From Lepidodermella squamata (Eukaryota > Animalia > Gastrotricha): 64,000 nt of DNA. Within the stretch, counting starts at the first letter, position 1; the number at the start of each line of letters is the position of its first letter. Shown piece by piece: positions 37,602 through 51,468 of this stretch. The DNA is taken from assembly GCA_047495785.1 (NCBI GenBank), contig JBLDXI010000009.1, forward strand, positions 1,612,001 through 1,676,000, given 5' to 3'. A program made the translations under genes and the position numbers. Under the pieces are notes generated by a model. The model did no database searches and was not told where the DNA came from. It saw only the letters and a list, made by a program, of their open reading frames with translations.

Positions 37602-40083
37602 AGATTCGGTTGTTGTTCGCCTTGGTTTCGATTGATGCGTTTTTCGTCTTTTATGTGTAGATCTCTGTGTTTTTTTTGACTGACACCAATCCCGCTATAA
37701 ATACCGGCGCATTTTTATCATCGTCATAATTACTCCGCCTTAACGAAAATGAATATAAATATCTTATTAAAAAATGATCATGCTATTTTTTACTGAAAAT
37801 TTGATTGTCCAGCAAATAAATGTGTTGTGTGTCGACTGCTTTGAGAAGGTAGTTGTAGTTTTGAGATAACTTTTCTCCATTTTGTGTCTGATTCGTTCAA
37901 CTGTCAATCGGGTCTCTTGCCCACGTCTTCGATTTGTTGACCATCTATTTCAAAACGTGTCCTGTTGTTCATGGGTTTGGCCTCTCCAATTCAACTTTCA
38001 ACAAAGTTTTTTTTCAAATAATGTTCTTACAATGCAAAATTGTTCAGTGCTGTTGCCCTTCTACCTTGAAAGTTATTAAAATCCTTCAGATAGTTTTTCT
38101 ACGTGCGAAATCGCGTTTTTACCGAATATATTATGACTGTTAACCAGCAGAAGTCGATCCACTTTAATGCTTTCCTTTTTGTATTCAAGAGAGAAGATTT
38201 AGAGACACATGCTATACCGTTGCTTTTCCTTTGAATCTAATCGATGAAGTATAGTTCTGCCACAGAGTACGCGTTAAAGAAAATTCACTTGAAAATCTGA
38301 GTCAAATTTTAATGTTAAATAAGTATCCTCTGGCAGAACTGTTTTGGTATGCCTTCTCATATCTAATAAGCTTTCATACCTTCTATCAACATTACCTACT
38401 ATTTTGCTTCTTCGTCAATGTTTCTAATTCGAGAACTGCCAATACACCTTTATGTTCGTGATACAAATAATTTAAATTTCAACATCAAAATTCAGCAGAA
38501 TTATATGAAAAATGGGTAGCATTTGTTTCGCGCGTTATCATGACCCAAGTGTTCGTTCATTCTAAAATGGTACTTTGAAGAAGAATATTTTATAAAGACA
38601 AATAACGTTATATATTATTGCTATTATACTTAATAATAACTTCAGTATTTCATTTGAGTTATATTTGAATTAAATCTGTTTTGATTATATGAATACACTT
38701 TTCTACGTTACTTTTTCACGCGTCATGTTCGAGCTTATCAATATAAGCCCTGCGAAAATTGAATCGAGTGCTGATTTCTCATCCTATTTTTGTTCTTGAT
38801 AATTGAAAAATAATCACGCCCGCTTCTAGTACACATAATCATGCGCGACTTCTTCGTTTTGATACACACACGACTCGAGCAGTATAACTAAGTCCATCCT
38901 ACGGCTTTTCATTCATTGCGTGTGTCAAGGTACAACATGCAAGTGCCCAAGGTACAGACTGAAATTGCGTTGTAATATTGTTTTGATATTTCATTGTAAT
39001 TTTTATTGGGCTGCGAAATTTTTGTAATGCTATACTATCATCTTCTCAAGCGCTGAGCCATTTCTGTACTAAATAAATCAGCCTCAAGTGCGCTCGTGCC
39101 GCCAGTTTGTTGCTTGAGCACCTGCAGCAAATTAAGGCATGCAAGCGACAGCCGCACGTAGCGCTCAAGTTCGAGTAATTATACATACGCATACACATAC
39201 AGAACAGCCACCCTCGCGCTTGTTTTTTCTATATAGTTGTAGCGAGACGACATCTCTTCTTATACGTCGCGGTGATGAAAAATTTCTTCTCTGTTTTTCA
39301 AGTGTTGATAAAATAACGTTGAAGCGGTGATGGCGTGGCACAATCAGTGCAACAGCTTAATATAAATTCATTTTATTTCACCTTCTAAAAATAATATCAA
39401 TTTTCTGCCTGAAACTTGTCCGGGTTTAAATATCGGTAAATATATTTCATAAAATAGGAATCTTTTCGTTGTTTTGTCTTGAAATCTTTCTACCCTCATT
39501 GATTGCTGTGTGTATGCGAACCGTCGTGTTACTTGAAAAACATATAATGGCTGCTGTCTTTTTGAGAGATATATTATTATATATACATACATTATTTGTG
39601 TCGAAAGCGGGAAAAACTGAACTATTTAAAAATTGGGAAAAATAATGATGAGAAAACATCATTTAACGTCGGCAACCCATATTATGCACACACCTGAAAA
39701 TGTCATATGTCTGCATTGCATTTTCTCTTTTGCTCTCATTCCTAGATTGGCGTTGAAAAAACACAAATAATAAATGAAAAAAATCTTTCGGTGAATAAAC
39801 CACGTTCTCGCGTTTTTACTCGTAGATGTGTACTGCAAAATAACATCTATAGCGCTGACGAATGTTTTATTATTATCATCATCATTAAGTCATGATAATT
39901 ATACAATAATTATTATTATTCTTGGTAATTAATATCAACAATATATTACTGATATATAAAGTTAAATTGCCTCTCATTCTTTTTACGGCAATGGAAAAAC
40001 GAAGAAAAATGAAAATAACAATAAAATCGAACTAAAAATGGAGAGTTCGTTTTCAGTGCATTTTTTGTATTAGTTTTCCAGCA

Positions 40084-43000
40084 TCAGTGGTAGTGGTGTC
40101 GTATTAACCTGTCTAGGTCTTTCAGCTCCTGCGACAGACGATCGTTTTCGCGAACCGTGAGTTCAGCGGTTGTTACGGGCGGTTCGAGCTCTGTAAAATA
40201 CGGAACAATTATGACGCAGGCATTTACCAAGTTCATGCGTGGCAGACACGAAATATGCGATAACACACTTGTTTACTTCATTTTTTTTGGCACGGGATGC
40301 TATGAGTCATGCCGGTGTGGCACGTGGCACTCTCGGCAAATTATGCGTGTGTGGGCACGCTGCCAAAAAAAATTAGGTAGCGTGTTATCGGATTGGTCTC
40401 GATTTGCCGCAAATTATTTATGCACAAGAACATCGATTTAAGCTTACTAGACTTGAACAAAACAGGAGGACGGAGAACAGCTGGAAGCGCAACTGATGAG
40501 ACCGACAGTAGACAACATGAAGACAACAATTAACTATCACGCCAAGCATTTCACCAATCATGCAAACCTTTCATAACGGGCGACTGACGAAAGTTGGATT
40601 TTCGGTTTGTTTCGCGGTTTGCATAGTGCGTTGGTTCGATTTGCGGTTCGATGAACCGCGACGGCGGATGAGCTTGGCGCATGATCTGCGCAGGGTTGAT
40701 CTGCCGCTGGGGCAAACTCATCTCATCGAGCTGAGGAGGGTACCGAAGCGCCTGCTTTTGAGGGAAGCTGTTGAGAGATAAACCGGAAGACGGAATCGAA
40801 TACGGGTAATTGCTGACTTTCGACGGGGGCGTGGGCATTAGCGGACCCAAGCCGTCCACTTCTGCTGGAATGATAGCGTTACTATTGGAATATTTAGTCT
40901 TAGCGCGACGCCGGGATTGCTGCTCTTCACTGGTTGTAGCATTATGGTGATGACCATTATTACCATTATTACTCGGCGCAGCAGGAATGGCTGGTAAGGG
41001 GGCTTTGTTATTTCCGGGCAGCTCATTAGACTCGTTTTTATTCGATGGCGGCTGAATAGTTTTGCGTTTTGTCGGTTCACTGCGAGTCATCATCCTATAA
41101 TAAAGAAAATTAATAAGTATCGGAATAAATCATGATTGGCATTACATGTTCTTGATTTCTTCAATTTGCAGGCGAAGTGTTTCATTCTCGCGACCGAATC
41201 GTTCACAATCCTCGAGCATACGCTCACGCGCCCGCTGCAGTTCGGTATTCTCCTGACGCAGGTTTTCATTTTCAACCATAAACTCTTGCAGCATGTCGTA
41301 GAATTCATTGTCAGATTTGATTTCTTTCCCATTCGGTTTATCGCCGTTTGGCACGCGAGGCGTAGCTTGCGCTGCCTTATTCGGTGAAATTTTACTTCCC
41401 GAAGATGACAGCAGTTGTTGCCGCAACTGATCGTTTTCACTTCGCAAAAGCTTAAGCTCTTGGTGCAAACTGGACATCATCTGCTCAAGAGGGTTCATTC
41501 TCACTGACGGATCTGTTCTTATCAGCCTTGCCCGGCCCGCATATCGAAGGGTTGTCAGCGTTTCAGCGATATTCGCTTTCGATGGCGATATGCATGCAAT
41601 CTATCAATTATTTTCATGTTATTTTTCCAATTTCGCTTTCAATTTTTTTCTTACCATGACGGTGAAACTTTGACCCCCGAGTGAGTCTGCGAGAACTTTA
41701 GTCAGCTTGGAATCGCGATAAGGTACGTGCCCATTTTCATCCTTAGATAAGGCCTGGATGCACTTGCCTAGAACGAGCAAACCCTTGTTGATGTTATTCG
41801 CCTCACGTTGTTGATCTTCGGCGTCCGAGTTGCGTTCACTTCCAGCTAAATCGACAAAGGTCAACTTGCCGCGGCGAACCATAACTACGTTATTGTCATC
41901 TTCCTCGCTGGCCTGCTGCCGAGTTTCCACGCCCACTGAGAATATTGCATGCGACCTTGATGAAACAGGATTTTGACAAGTTGAACGACAAAAACGTTGT
42001 TGAGCAGCTTGATAAAAAAATAGAAAAAATTAAAATAAATACCTTTCATCAGGTTCGGATGGTGGATTTTTGATTTGGTAAATTTCTTCTTGTTCTAGAG
42101 ACACCTTAAAAGGCCCCACTATTTTCTGCCGATCTTCTGACAGCAAATAGCTGTATAATCCTGGATCTTCGGGCTGAGAGCGAGGTGGGGTAATAGCTTC
42201 TTTTTTGGCACCATTTTGATTCGGGAAAGGCTGATTTTGCATAGGAAGATGAAGGTCGCTGTTATTCTTCGCTTGTCTGTGGTTCTGATTCCCACTATTG
42301 GGCTCAGACATATGACGAGGATTCACGACTGGTTGACGAGCTGGCTGTTCAAAGTTATTCTCCTCTCGATGGCCAGGGGGACGTCGTGATGCGAAAAGCA
42401 TTTCTTCCTGCTTTTTAAGAGCCTCGTCCATTCGTTCAGCAGCTTGTTGCTCTGAAATGTTTCGTAGGTTATCTGAAGGTCTATGATTATTCTCCTCTCG
42501 TCGCACTTGTTGAGGTTGGGGTTGTTGTTGGGGTCTGTCAGGCTTGGAATACTGCTGATCCTGAGTCATGTTTTGGCGAGGGTTGCGAGAAAAAGATTCA
42601 TCGTAATCATTCTCAATTCTTCGGCGCGGGCTTGGATTCCGCTGGCTTTGGTTCTTATTCGAAAGTTCAGCAGCTGCCTGCCGCTGCTGATTTGGCGGCG
42701 GTATTCGATAAGTCTCAGCTGGAGGTTGACCTTGAACTTTATCGGGTCTGACTGGAGGTCTTGTTTCTTTGACGCGAGGTTGAGGGTTGGGTTCGATTTC
42801 ATCTGGGCGAGGCGTTCTCAAAGCTGGGTCTCCGAACGGGCTCCAAGCAACGCCGCTGAAATCTTCGTCATCTTTCTCGTAAAGCACATTGGTTTTGTAC
42901 GGTTTCCGATCATTTGTGCGGTTTTGCGTGGGCGGCATGAAGTTTTTGACCATGCCGACGGATGAGTGCTGCGAGTTGGTACGGCTTCGACGATACGATT

Positions 43001-45764
43001 CCCAGGTTGCGTAATCGTAAGTTGATTCTATTGGAAATTTGCTGGCAACGTCCTCGTCACCGATCGATGATTCGTCCGCTTCTTCACTACTCCCTTCGCG
43101 CCTTTGTTTGATAGGAACCGGCGGAGGCTTGCTACGATTTGAGGCTAGAGCAGCAAGTGGCAGCTTAGAATCTTCAGATCGCACTCTACCATGCAACATT
43201 CATGCTTGCCGTAAGGGCTACGATTGCTATGGAGCGCGTAAGTATTAACGTGTTTTTAAGGTCGATTATTGACAGATAGATGTCGCCAGCGCACCGGCCT
43301 CTGACAGACGCTCGATCAATCAGCCGGCATATTGCATGCGCAGTTTTTTACGCGCATCTGAACACCAATATATAGCTGGGCAGGAAAGTTGATTCAAAAA
43401 ATTATTGCTATTGGCAAAGGCACATAGCACGATCAATCAGAACGGCGCGGCGACTAATGTCGCCACCTTGGTAACCCCTTTTGTCGAGGCGCCACATATC
43501 GACAAAAATCGAAGAAACGTATTTGCTAGCTTGCTTTTCAACACGTGCTCTCATGGCATAATTACGCCGCTAAAAATCTATGCTTTGCAATATACCTCTC
43601 GAAAAACAATGGTCGTACTTGTTTTCTTCTAAAATTATGGGACAGAAACGATACTTCTGCTATACAAAATTGCTTAAAAATGCGATCTAAAAGGGCAATG
43701 TGTTGGTCAAGGAGGGGGGGGGGGCAGGAAAAACAACAAATTTGTTGATCAAATTCGTCTTTACCTTGGTACAGTAAGCTAATTGCCTCGCGCGTATTCG
43801 TGCACTGAAACCTGGATACGCCTTCGATAAAAAAGCCGGAATCACGGCTCCAACGGACCTCTACCGCTCGTTGAAGATCAAACATATCCACAAGCTGCAT
43901 TTATATACAAAGCAAAGAAAAATAAATAAAGTCGATTCTTCACACAGCAGTATTAAAATCTAACCTGTTCGTTGTAAATCTGAACAGCAGAAAACGTAAC
44001 GGTGTATTGAGAAATTTTCATCCGCTGCAAGCTGAGGAATAAATGACCAATACATCGCGGTATCAGACCGAACTGATTTCGGTCAATTGACGTCCACCAA
44101 GTTGACGAAAGATCACCGAAAACCTTTCATAGCTTAAATTATAGTGAAATTATACGCCTTAATAAAAACCTACGTCATCTGGTAGCGGAGGGCCAATCAG
44201 AGTATGGGTCTTGCCAGCTCCGGTTTGACCGTAACAAAACACTGTGCAAGGATAGCCGTTAATTCCATTTTCAACAAATTGCTTCATCCTTGTCTCTTCA
44301 AAAATATCTTCCTGACTATCTTCAGGACCGAATATTTTGTCAAAATCAAAAGTCCGAAGAGTTGACCCATTGTTTACCTATTGGGATGAAATTATTTATA
44401 TGGGGTTTCAAATGATATTCGGATTGAACTCACAATAACTGAATTCAGCTTTGGAGGGATTACTTGGACGCACGAAATTTCTCTCAGCTCCATCGGACGG
44501 ATTCTTAGAGCAACTGCCATTCGGGTTCCAGAAAACCCATTGAACTTTGTTGTAACCGAATTCCCCTCCTCTAGACTTTTCCTGATAGGCGGAAGAGGTT
44601 GTGCATTAGATGCGCTGCTTGGCAGTGAATATGATCCGACAATGGTCAAATTAGTCAATGGTGGCAGTTTAGACGGCGCCTGGCTGGTGCTTCTTTTAAG
44701 CGTCCGGTTAACAAATGGCCGCTGAGTGTTCGGCGAAAGTTTTGTGCTGCTCAATTTGTAGTGGATTGGTGGAGTGGGTGGGGTTGCAATCGAAGATGGT
44801 TGGCTGCTAAGACCTGAGTCAGATGGCGATGACGTGAGGTTCGTGAACGATCTGTGGTTGCTGCTGGCTACGTAATACTGCTGTTGGTGCCGGGAGGTAT
44901 AACGGGCTACGACCGGCGGGTGAGGTTGACGCCGTTGCTTTCCAGGCGAGCGGTAGGAATACGATGGCATTGGGGTGTGCTCAGGCACCCTGTGAAAAAT
45001 TAAACAATATTTCGAATAAACTTTTATTGGCGAAGCAAAAAAAACAGAAACGCTCACTGATCGGATTTTTCCAGAGATTCATCATCAGTAGGTGCACTTG
45101 ATGCACTGTCTTCCTGCTCGTTCATTTACTCAATTTTTTATGGCATAAAAATGTTGCGTGGAATATAGAAAATTCCGGAAGGGCCCGCTAACATACCCGA
45201 GCAACTATGTCCTATATCAACAAATTTGTTTGCCTCCACAAGATTATGGCTATTACTAATGGAGCAAATCAATCTATAGCATGATTGCAATAGCCTATCG
45301 ATTAATACAACACTGTTCCATGATTTGGAATGTAATTACCCCATTTTATTTCTCGCCCCCGAAATAATGCAAGCGATAACACAAGAGCTCTCTAAGCTTG
45401 ATGTAACTCGATGATAATATTTTTTGTTGGGGGGCAACGCTTTTTCCCAAGTATGAGTATTATATTAATATAAGGAAACTAACTCGTCGACCGACTCTCG
45501 ATCAATGGTAGCATAAGTGTCGCTGGTAACCGGACTAGCGAAGTCTTGTTCTCGAGTCGTAGACGCCGAATCGTCCTGATTATCGACCTCATGGCGCGGC
45601 TGGCTGGCAATGGTGACGAAAGGGTCTGATGGCCGGTAATCGGGATTTGACGAGAGAAACATGCTTAGGTCGCTTTTCCGCCGTCTTACACTTTGCGACT
45701 CTCGAGCGCTGTAGTATACTTCCGTGTTGCTCTGCTCGATGTAGCTCATTTCGTAAGCTGACAT
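40084..45764 (-). CDS. KIF12: Kinesin KIF12-like (kinesin-16), multi-exon
   Basis: YGQTGAGKT, VRWSRDSGFFIE, SSRSHAI, GKLTFVDLAGSE, HVPYRDSKLT.VLADSLGG, and C-terminal LQEFMVENENLR as in KIF12; 5' exon assignment less certain. Confidence 0.85.
42030..43199 (-). CDS. 389-aa low-complexity (Q/P/N/R-rich) ORF nested in a KIF12 motor-domain intron
   Basis: Uninterrupted 1.17-kb ORF; in-frame TGA immediately before the ATG; stop lies in the polypyrimidine tract of the next KIF12 acceptor; no recognisable domain. Confidence 0.6.
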   Translation of the reverse strand: MLHGRVRSEDSKLPLAALASNRSKPPPVPIKQRREGSSEEADESSIGDEDVASKFPIESTYDYATWESYRRSRTNSQHSSVGMVKNFMPPTQNRTNDRKPYKTNVLYEKDDEDFSGVAWSPFGDPALRTPRPDEIEPNPQPRVKETRPPVRPDKVQGQPPAETYRIPPPNQQRQAAAELSNKNQSQRNPSPRRRIENDYDESFSRNPRQNMTQDQQYSKPDRPQQQPQPQQVRREENNHRPSDNLRNISEQQAAERMDEALKKQEEMLFASRRPPGHREENNFEQPARQPVVNPRHMSEPNSGNQNHRQAKNNSDLHLPMQNQPFPNQNGAKKEAITPPRSQPEDPGLYSYLLSEDRQKIVGPFKVSLEQEEIYQIKNPPSEPDERYLF

Positions 45765-46976
45765 TTTACTTTGCTGGAGTCTGACGTTAATGACAATTTA
45801 TTGCAATTAAATTAAAATTGACGGAGTGACTTCTACAAGAGGCGAAAATATTTGTACTTAAAGAGTGCACCAGTCATGTCAAAGTCTCGCTTTGTCAATT
45901 TTCAACAACTTCTGAGGAAAAAATCGAAAATGCTACGCTTAGGTTAGAAGGCCATTTGAACTGAGGTCCGATTTACTCTGACGAAATATAGGATAAAAAT
46001 ATTTTTAATATTTCCGCAAATTCAGAGCAAACTAGGAAAAACAAACGGAATATAAGCGAGTGCGATGAGTTTGATCCATCATGATCAGTGATCAGTCAAA
46101 CTAATCCTGGCATTCCGCGCTGTGCCGCGATCGAAAAGGCCCGAGGACGACCGGAATAAACATTAGCTATAAGCACGGCAAAAGAGCTCAGTCAGTGCAG
46201 GGCGCTAGGAACCCACTATCGCTTATCATTTCGAGCCATTTAATTCCTGAAGTGATCACTAGCGTTTTTTTTATCGGAGAAAACACTTCAAGAAGTCACT
46301 GCGCTACTTACTAATAATTGCTTACAGTATCGAGCGAACGCTGTTTTTTCTGAAATATGACACGCGAAAAAATGAACTCCTGTCAATGAAAGTATAGTGA
46401 GGGCGTGTAGGTGTCAGCTTGATGTGGCGCTTTTTTTAATTCACTTGAGCGTCTTCCTCCGATGCCGGCGCTACCTGTGATTTTTATTGAAAATGACCGC
46501 TTGGAGAACGCATAAATTTTATTAAACCTAGCTGTATGCTTGGGACTAGTATACTAGTGTTCTGGAAGTCCCAAGAACAGGTTATCTATTTATAAATTGT
46601 TGCTCGTTTTCACGACTTATGCCCGCATATCGAAACTACTTGTTATCTGAGGCCGAGGCGATCTCATAATTTTAGCAATTAACAGCGACTGAATTTTTCT
46701 GCAGATGTATTTTCATCATGGAAATGAAAAATATTGGCTAAAACATGTTGCCCTCCTGGTTAATTTCTCTGCTCTATTTTTGTAATTTCGCGGCTTGTTG
46801 CTGCACTTTGCTGTATATCAAAGACCCAGTATTCGAGCCAGAGCCAGGTTTATATTTCCATTAGAATTTGCACTTGGGAAACAAATTCGGTATAAGTACG
46901 AGCTATTTACGGCAGGTATGATGTTCTCTCACGAAAAAAACGACCGCGAACCAGCCTTTTTTCTTCAATTTATTAG

Positions 46977-49287
46977 CTAAGGATACAAAGAATAGCTAGT
47001 GCTGATCTCGTTAGATCTCAGACGAGACATGTTCTTAATGGCATAGTGTAAGTTGACTGATTGATTCGGTATTATGATTAAAAATGCTGGCGTAATTAGC
47101 ATGATGAAAGTGAAAAACAACCAAAAGAACAGACGATCGAGCACGTTTGATATCTGGCGCCACTCGCTTTCAATCACTTTTAGAATTGTCGCGCGAACTT
47201 CACGAGTTGCCATGCGAGCTACAGAAGTTGTCAGACGTCGGATGAGTTTTTGCTCGAAGACGTAACTTGCTGCCTGCTCGTAAAGATCTCGAGCTTCGGC
47301 GCTTTTATCCGACAAATCTGGCTCAGAGAAAGTTCGATTCAAGACTCGACTAGTTGCCGCTCTAACTTTTTCAACGCTGTACGTTGTGCTGACTTGACTC
47401 TCTGTTAAAAAGCAAAAATTACAACTAAGAATATGTGATCGCGAGAGGCCTATGCTCACCTCTCTTGTTCGAAAATCGGAAGTAGCACTCGTGAGCTTTG
47501 AGGTAAGTTTTAGCTGCTTCTACAACTGTATTCTGCTTTGTTTTGTCTGGCGCCGTGCGAGAACAGCACATGAGCTTTGCGATTACTCTCAGAACAAAAA
47601 ATCTTAGCCAAACTGGAGCTCGTTTTGTCAGCTCATCAAAGGCATAAATGTTCAAAATCGCAGTTTGAACGCAAATAACTACAGCTGCAAGAGACATCGT
47701 GACAGCGAGGTACGTTGAAACTAGAGGTATGAAATCGCTTGACCTGGGCGTTCGAGATGTCACCAAAAGTTGGAACAGAGTAAAGGAGAGCACGAGTGAT
47801 ATTCCGAGCGAAATTTTCTCTCCACTCTCCGAAGGTAGCCAAAAACAAAACAAAGACAGCATTGAAAGGCACATTGCCGGCGCCATTACGTTAAAAACTG
47901 CAAGAAAAATTCTCAAAATATAAAAAAATTGTGAAACTAAAAACCAACAATTGTTGTAGAGGAATTTTCGCTTCACGCGCACAGCAACAATCACATCGCT
48001 ATGAACGAGGCTCTGATCGAGGAAATAGGCAAGTATTTTTGATGATTGACAATTTTATCCAAGCTCACCTTCAACAAAGGATTTCGACGTAGTCGAGGTC
48101 TAATTGAGGATTCGACGTAGTCCCAGACACTGCTTTCGCTATACTGGATCAACTGAAGCTCCGTGCGAATAGGATACATATACAGCTGGGTGATGTCATG
48201 CGCCCATGATCCAAAAACTGAAAAAATAGCTGCTATTTCATCTGCGAAAATGAAATAGTGGAACCCACTGTAAAAGCACAGTTGCTCGTCGTATGGATAC
48301 ATCGCAAGGTTCAATCTTTGGATTTAAATTGAAAAATGTGGGTCAAGTAATAGTTTGTTCCGAACTTACATGCACGTTGATCTCAATTTCACGTAAGTTC
48401 CAACAAAAACCTCTCCGTCCCAGTTGATGACGGCTAGAACTCTGTCGACAAATAGCTTCATTGAATTTTCGGCCGAATTGAACAAAATGATGTCAGGTTG
48501 CCATAGCTAGCGGTTGCCATAGAATTAATAAAATCCAAGGCAAAATAAGGTTACCTTCGAGGTTGATTGCCGAATGAACTTGACACCTTTGAAGTCTTTC
48601 GGATTCCATTGGAGTTTTTCGTCCCTCCATCTCTGGAAATTCAAACATTACGGGAAATAAACAGCTAATGAGTATAAAATAACCAATTCCATCCAGACGT
48701 TGCTCTCTAAAATCTGCTTTACTTCATCCATGTTCACCATGGATATCAAATCGAGGTTGAAAGAAACATTCACTCTATCTTTGGAGCGTATGACTGGCCT
48801 TGCGCTGGGGTCGTAGTCTCGAAAAATGTAACGAGAGACTTCTTCTTCGTCAGTCGGGCGCAAGGAGTTGATACCGTATCCCCATTCCTCGGAGTTCTCT
48901 TCAGCCTTGGGTAGGACAGAGTCGTCGGTGAATTCGGATGAGTTGGTTAGGTCAAAAAGCGGCTGACTTATGTTAGAGGAGTCTATGCTGCCTACTATAT
49001 CAACCAAGAGAGAATTCGGCAATCGGTTGGACTCGGCACCTATTTCGGCCGAACTATCATCATACAGATCAAGTTCAAGCGCGAGGGTTGAATCATTTGT
49101 TAAATTTCCAGTCGTAATATTGCAAGCTCCGAATGTTCCTTGGCACATCCACGTCATCAGCTGAAAAGTTATTCATAAATATTAAGAATAGTATAAATCA
49201 AAAACTCAGCGTTTTCACCTGAAATCCGTCCAGATAGGCGAGAAAGTGAAGTAAGACAATTGTCAATTTTTTAGTTCCGGGAAGCAT
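46977..49287 (-). CDS. Cys-loop ligand-gated ion channel, nAChR-like non-alpha subunit
   Basis: Signal exon, YDPSARPV, MDEVKQIL.SNVW, WQPDI.LFNSA, Cys-loop C...MYPYDEQLC, GSWAHD, LPSESGEKISLG, M4 WRQISNVLDRLFFWLF; no vicinal Cys in loop C. Confidence 0.92.
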
Positions 49288-50507
49288 TTTCACAAAAAAT
49301 ATGTACTCAGCGGGGAAGCAGGTGATGAAAACCAGAGCACTTTGCGTGCGGTGCCGTTCTAAAAAATCTAGCTTTAGGCTGCCTGCTCATCACATCGTCC
49401 GACAGCTGGTCAGCATTTGTTAGAAGCCGATAGGACACATAAATACGCGATGATATAATATAATAATTTGCGGGGCCATTCATGCTATCCTATATTTATA
49501 CAAACAGCACGTGAGAAATAATAACTTTAACCATGAGGTTAAATATGTATTGTTCGACCCAGTTGTAAGCAAAGATTATGATTAAACAATGACGGCGCAA
49601 TTATCAGCAATGCGAAAACAGCGCTTCGATTGAATAAATCAGATAATTTCGCTATGCGAAGAGATAAATAATTACTTCTGCGCCGACAATCGAGACTATT
49701 TAGGCTTTACAAAAAATTGTTGGCATCAAAGAGAGCATGGATGTCGGATATTGGTTGCAAATTAAAAAAAATGAATATAACGAAGAGCATAACCTGCAAG
49801 ACTTCTAACACAAGATGCCAACAAGATGCAGGCTTTAAAATCATTGTAAAGCAGTGACTCCCCCACTGAAGTTTGCTTTAAAATGCAGGCTTAGGCAAAT
49901 CCTCTGTAAAAGACGATTATGCGGAAGTGAAAGAACTATGAGAGCTCCAGTTTTTTTAGGACACATAATCTTCGGTTTAGCTATTTGTACTTTGCCTACA
50001 TTGAAAAAATTCCCGCAGAAAAGATATCAATATTCAACCTACTTTGGAACTGGCAATATATGCAGCGTACGCAACACATCAAGATTTTCATCCTGCGACC
50101 ATAGTCCATGTCTCGACGCTCTAGGCAACCGGTGTCCCGGTGATTACCATCGATAGTCAAATTTTTCTAGAATTGTCATGGAGAGCTTTTTAAAACCTGA
50201 CGCGTGAGAAATAAGCAGTATCGTGGACGTGAATGCAAGTTGTAAGTTCACTTGCGGTTTCAGGTCAATGTCTGATTTTCGATGTACTTGGTGACTTCAA
50301 GCCCAGCACTCGTCATATTTTCGAGAGCCTCTTAAATTCGGTGAGTTCGACAAAGACACTAACGTCATTAACATGGCTTTCTTGAGGAATGCAGAAAAGA
50401 TGCAGTTGCAGGCTGAGAAGGAGCTAACAGAACCAAATAGAGTAAGCGTCAAGCAAGTGATCAAGTGATTGTTGAGCCAACGGGTTCCACGACTTTTAGC
50501 AATTGTG

Positions 50508-50817
50508 CTGTTGGGGCCCGAGCCCGATTTCGGCCCGTACGCATTCCAAAAGGGGCGGCTCGATTGCAGAGACCCGAGCTCGGCGGCCCGAGTGCGGCGC
50601 TGAACAATAGCGCTGGTTTCCATTTTTCTCCGCCGTGCTCGGGCCAACACCTTGGCCGGCACGTGTGTGGTGGACCGTTATTCTATCGAATTTGATTTAC
50701 AGATAAATTTACAGAAACCGTCGCGTACGGGCATGTTTAAAAGCTGATCGAGCGCGGAGCGGCAGATCAATGATACCCGTCAGCGTACGGGCAGCATTCG
50801 GACTCGGGCCTCAACAG
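50508..50817. mobile_element. MITE-like element with ~35-nt imperfect TIRs and internal GGCCCGAG / GCGTACGGGC repeats
   Basis: ctgttggggcccgagcccga..gcccgtacgc versus gcgtacgggc..tcggactcgggcctcaacag. Confidence 0.65.
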
Positions 50818-50851
50818 TGCCACAAAACATCAGTGACATATCAGGAATTCC

Positions 50852-50884
50852 CCTTGTGAACTCCTTGTGAACTCCCTTGTGAAC
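50852..50884. repeat. 3x CCTTGTGAAC short tandem repeat
   Basis: Directly visible in the sequence. Confidence 0.8.
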
Positions 50885-51468
50885 ACCTAACATAAAACTA
50901 GAAACAGCTCATGTGCGGAAACACTTTTTCCCGCGCAATGAACAAAAAATATGAGACCTTTTTACATCAAAAACCTGATGCAATTTAATTACATTACAAT
51001 TTTTATACTGTTTTATTACCTATTCTGAATTTTGTGGTGTGACCTTGACCATCAAGCACGTTGTTTTGAACCGCGCGGTGTGTGCGATCTCCGAGTCTAC
51101 GGTCAGGAGGGCGACGGTCGGAGTAGCCATCAGCTGAGATAGCTGAGAATAACCGCTACGGTAGTCGAAGTGCCAAGTGCCAAATTAGTTCTAATTGCCT
51201 ATTTTCCGCAATCAAAAACCAAAGGAGAGTTGGCTATATTCCCATATCTCTCATTCTGACTTCTTGTATAGGCACTATATGCATCCTGATTATTTGGCCT
51301 CGATTAGCCTATGCCTTTTCCCTCTTCCCGCGTCCTATCGGCTGTCGGGGACTAGTTCAGGTTCCATCTTCATTTTAGGTCATCTTCTTGATTCTTAATG
51401 TATTATGTATTATATCCTATCTATACAGCTTTATTTTTCTGTATAGGAAACTTAATTTGATAGCCGCG

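Noticed and set aside
37620-40080. Possible ncRNA or gene between BCAS3 and KIF12
   Set aside because: AT-rich 3'UTR/intergenic character; no boxes, strong folds or credible ORFs seen.
50297-50695. 121-aa and 76-aa ORFs upstream of the nAChR gene
   Set aside because: They overlap the GC-rich MITE-like element and show no domain similarity.
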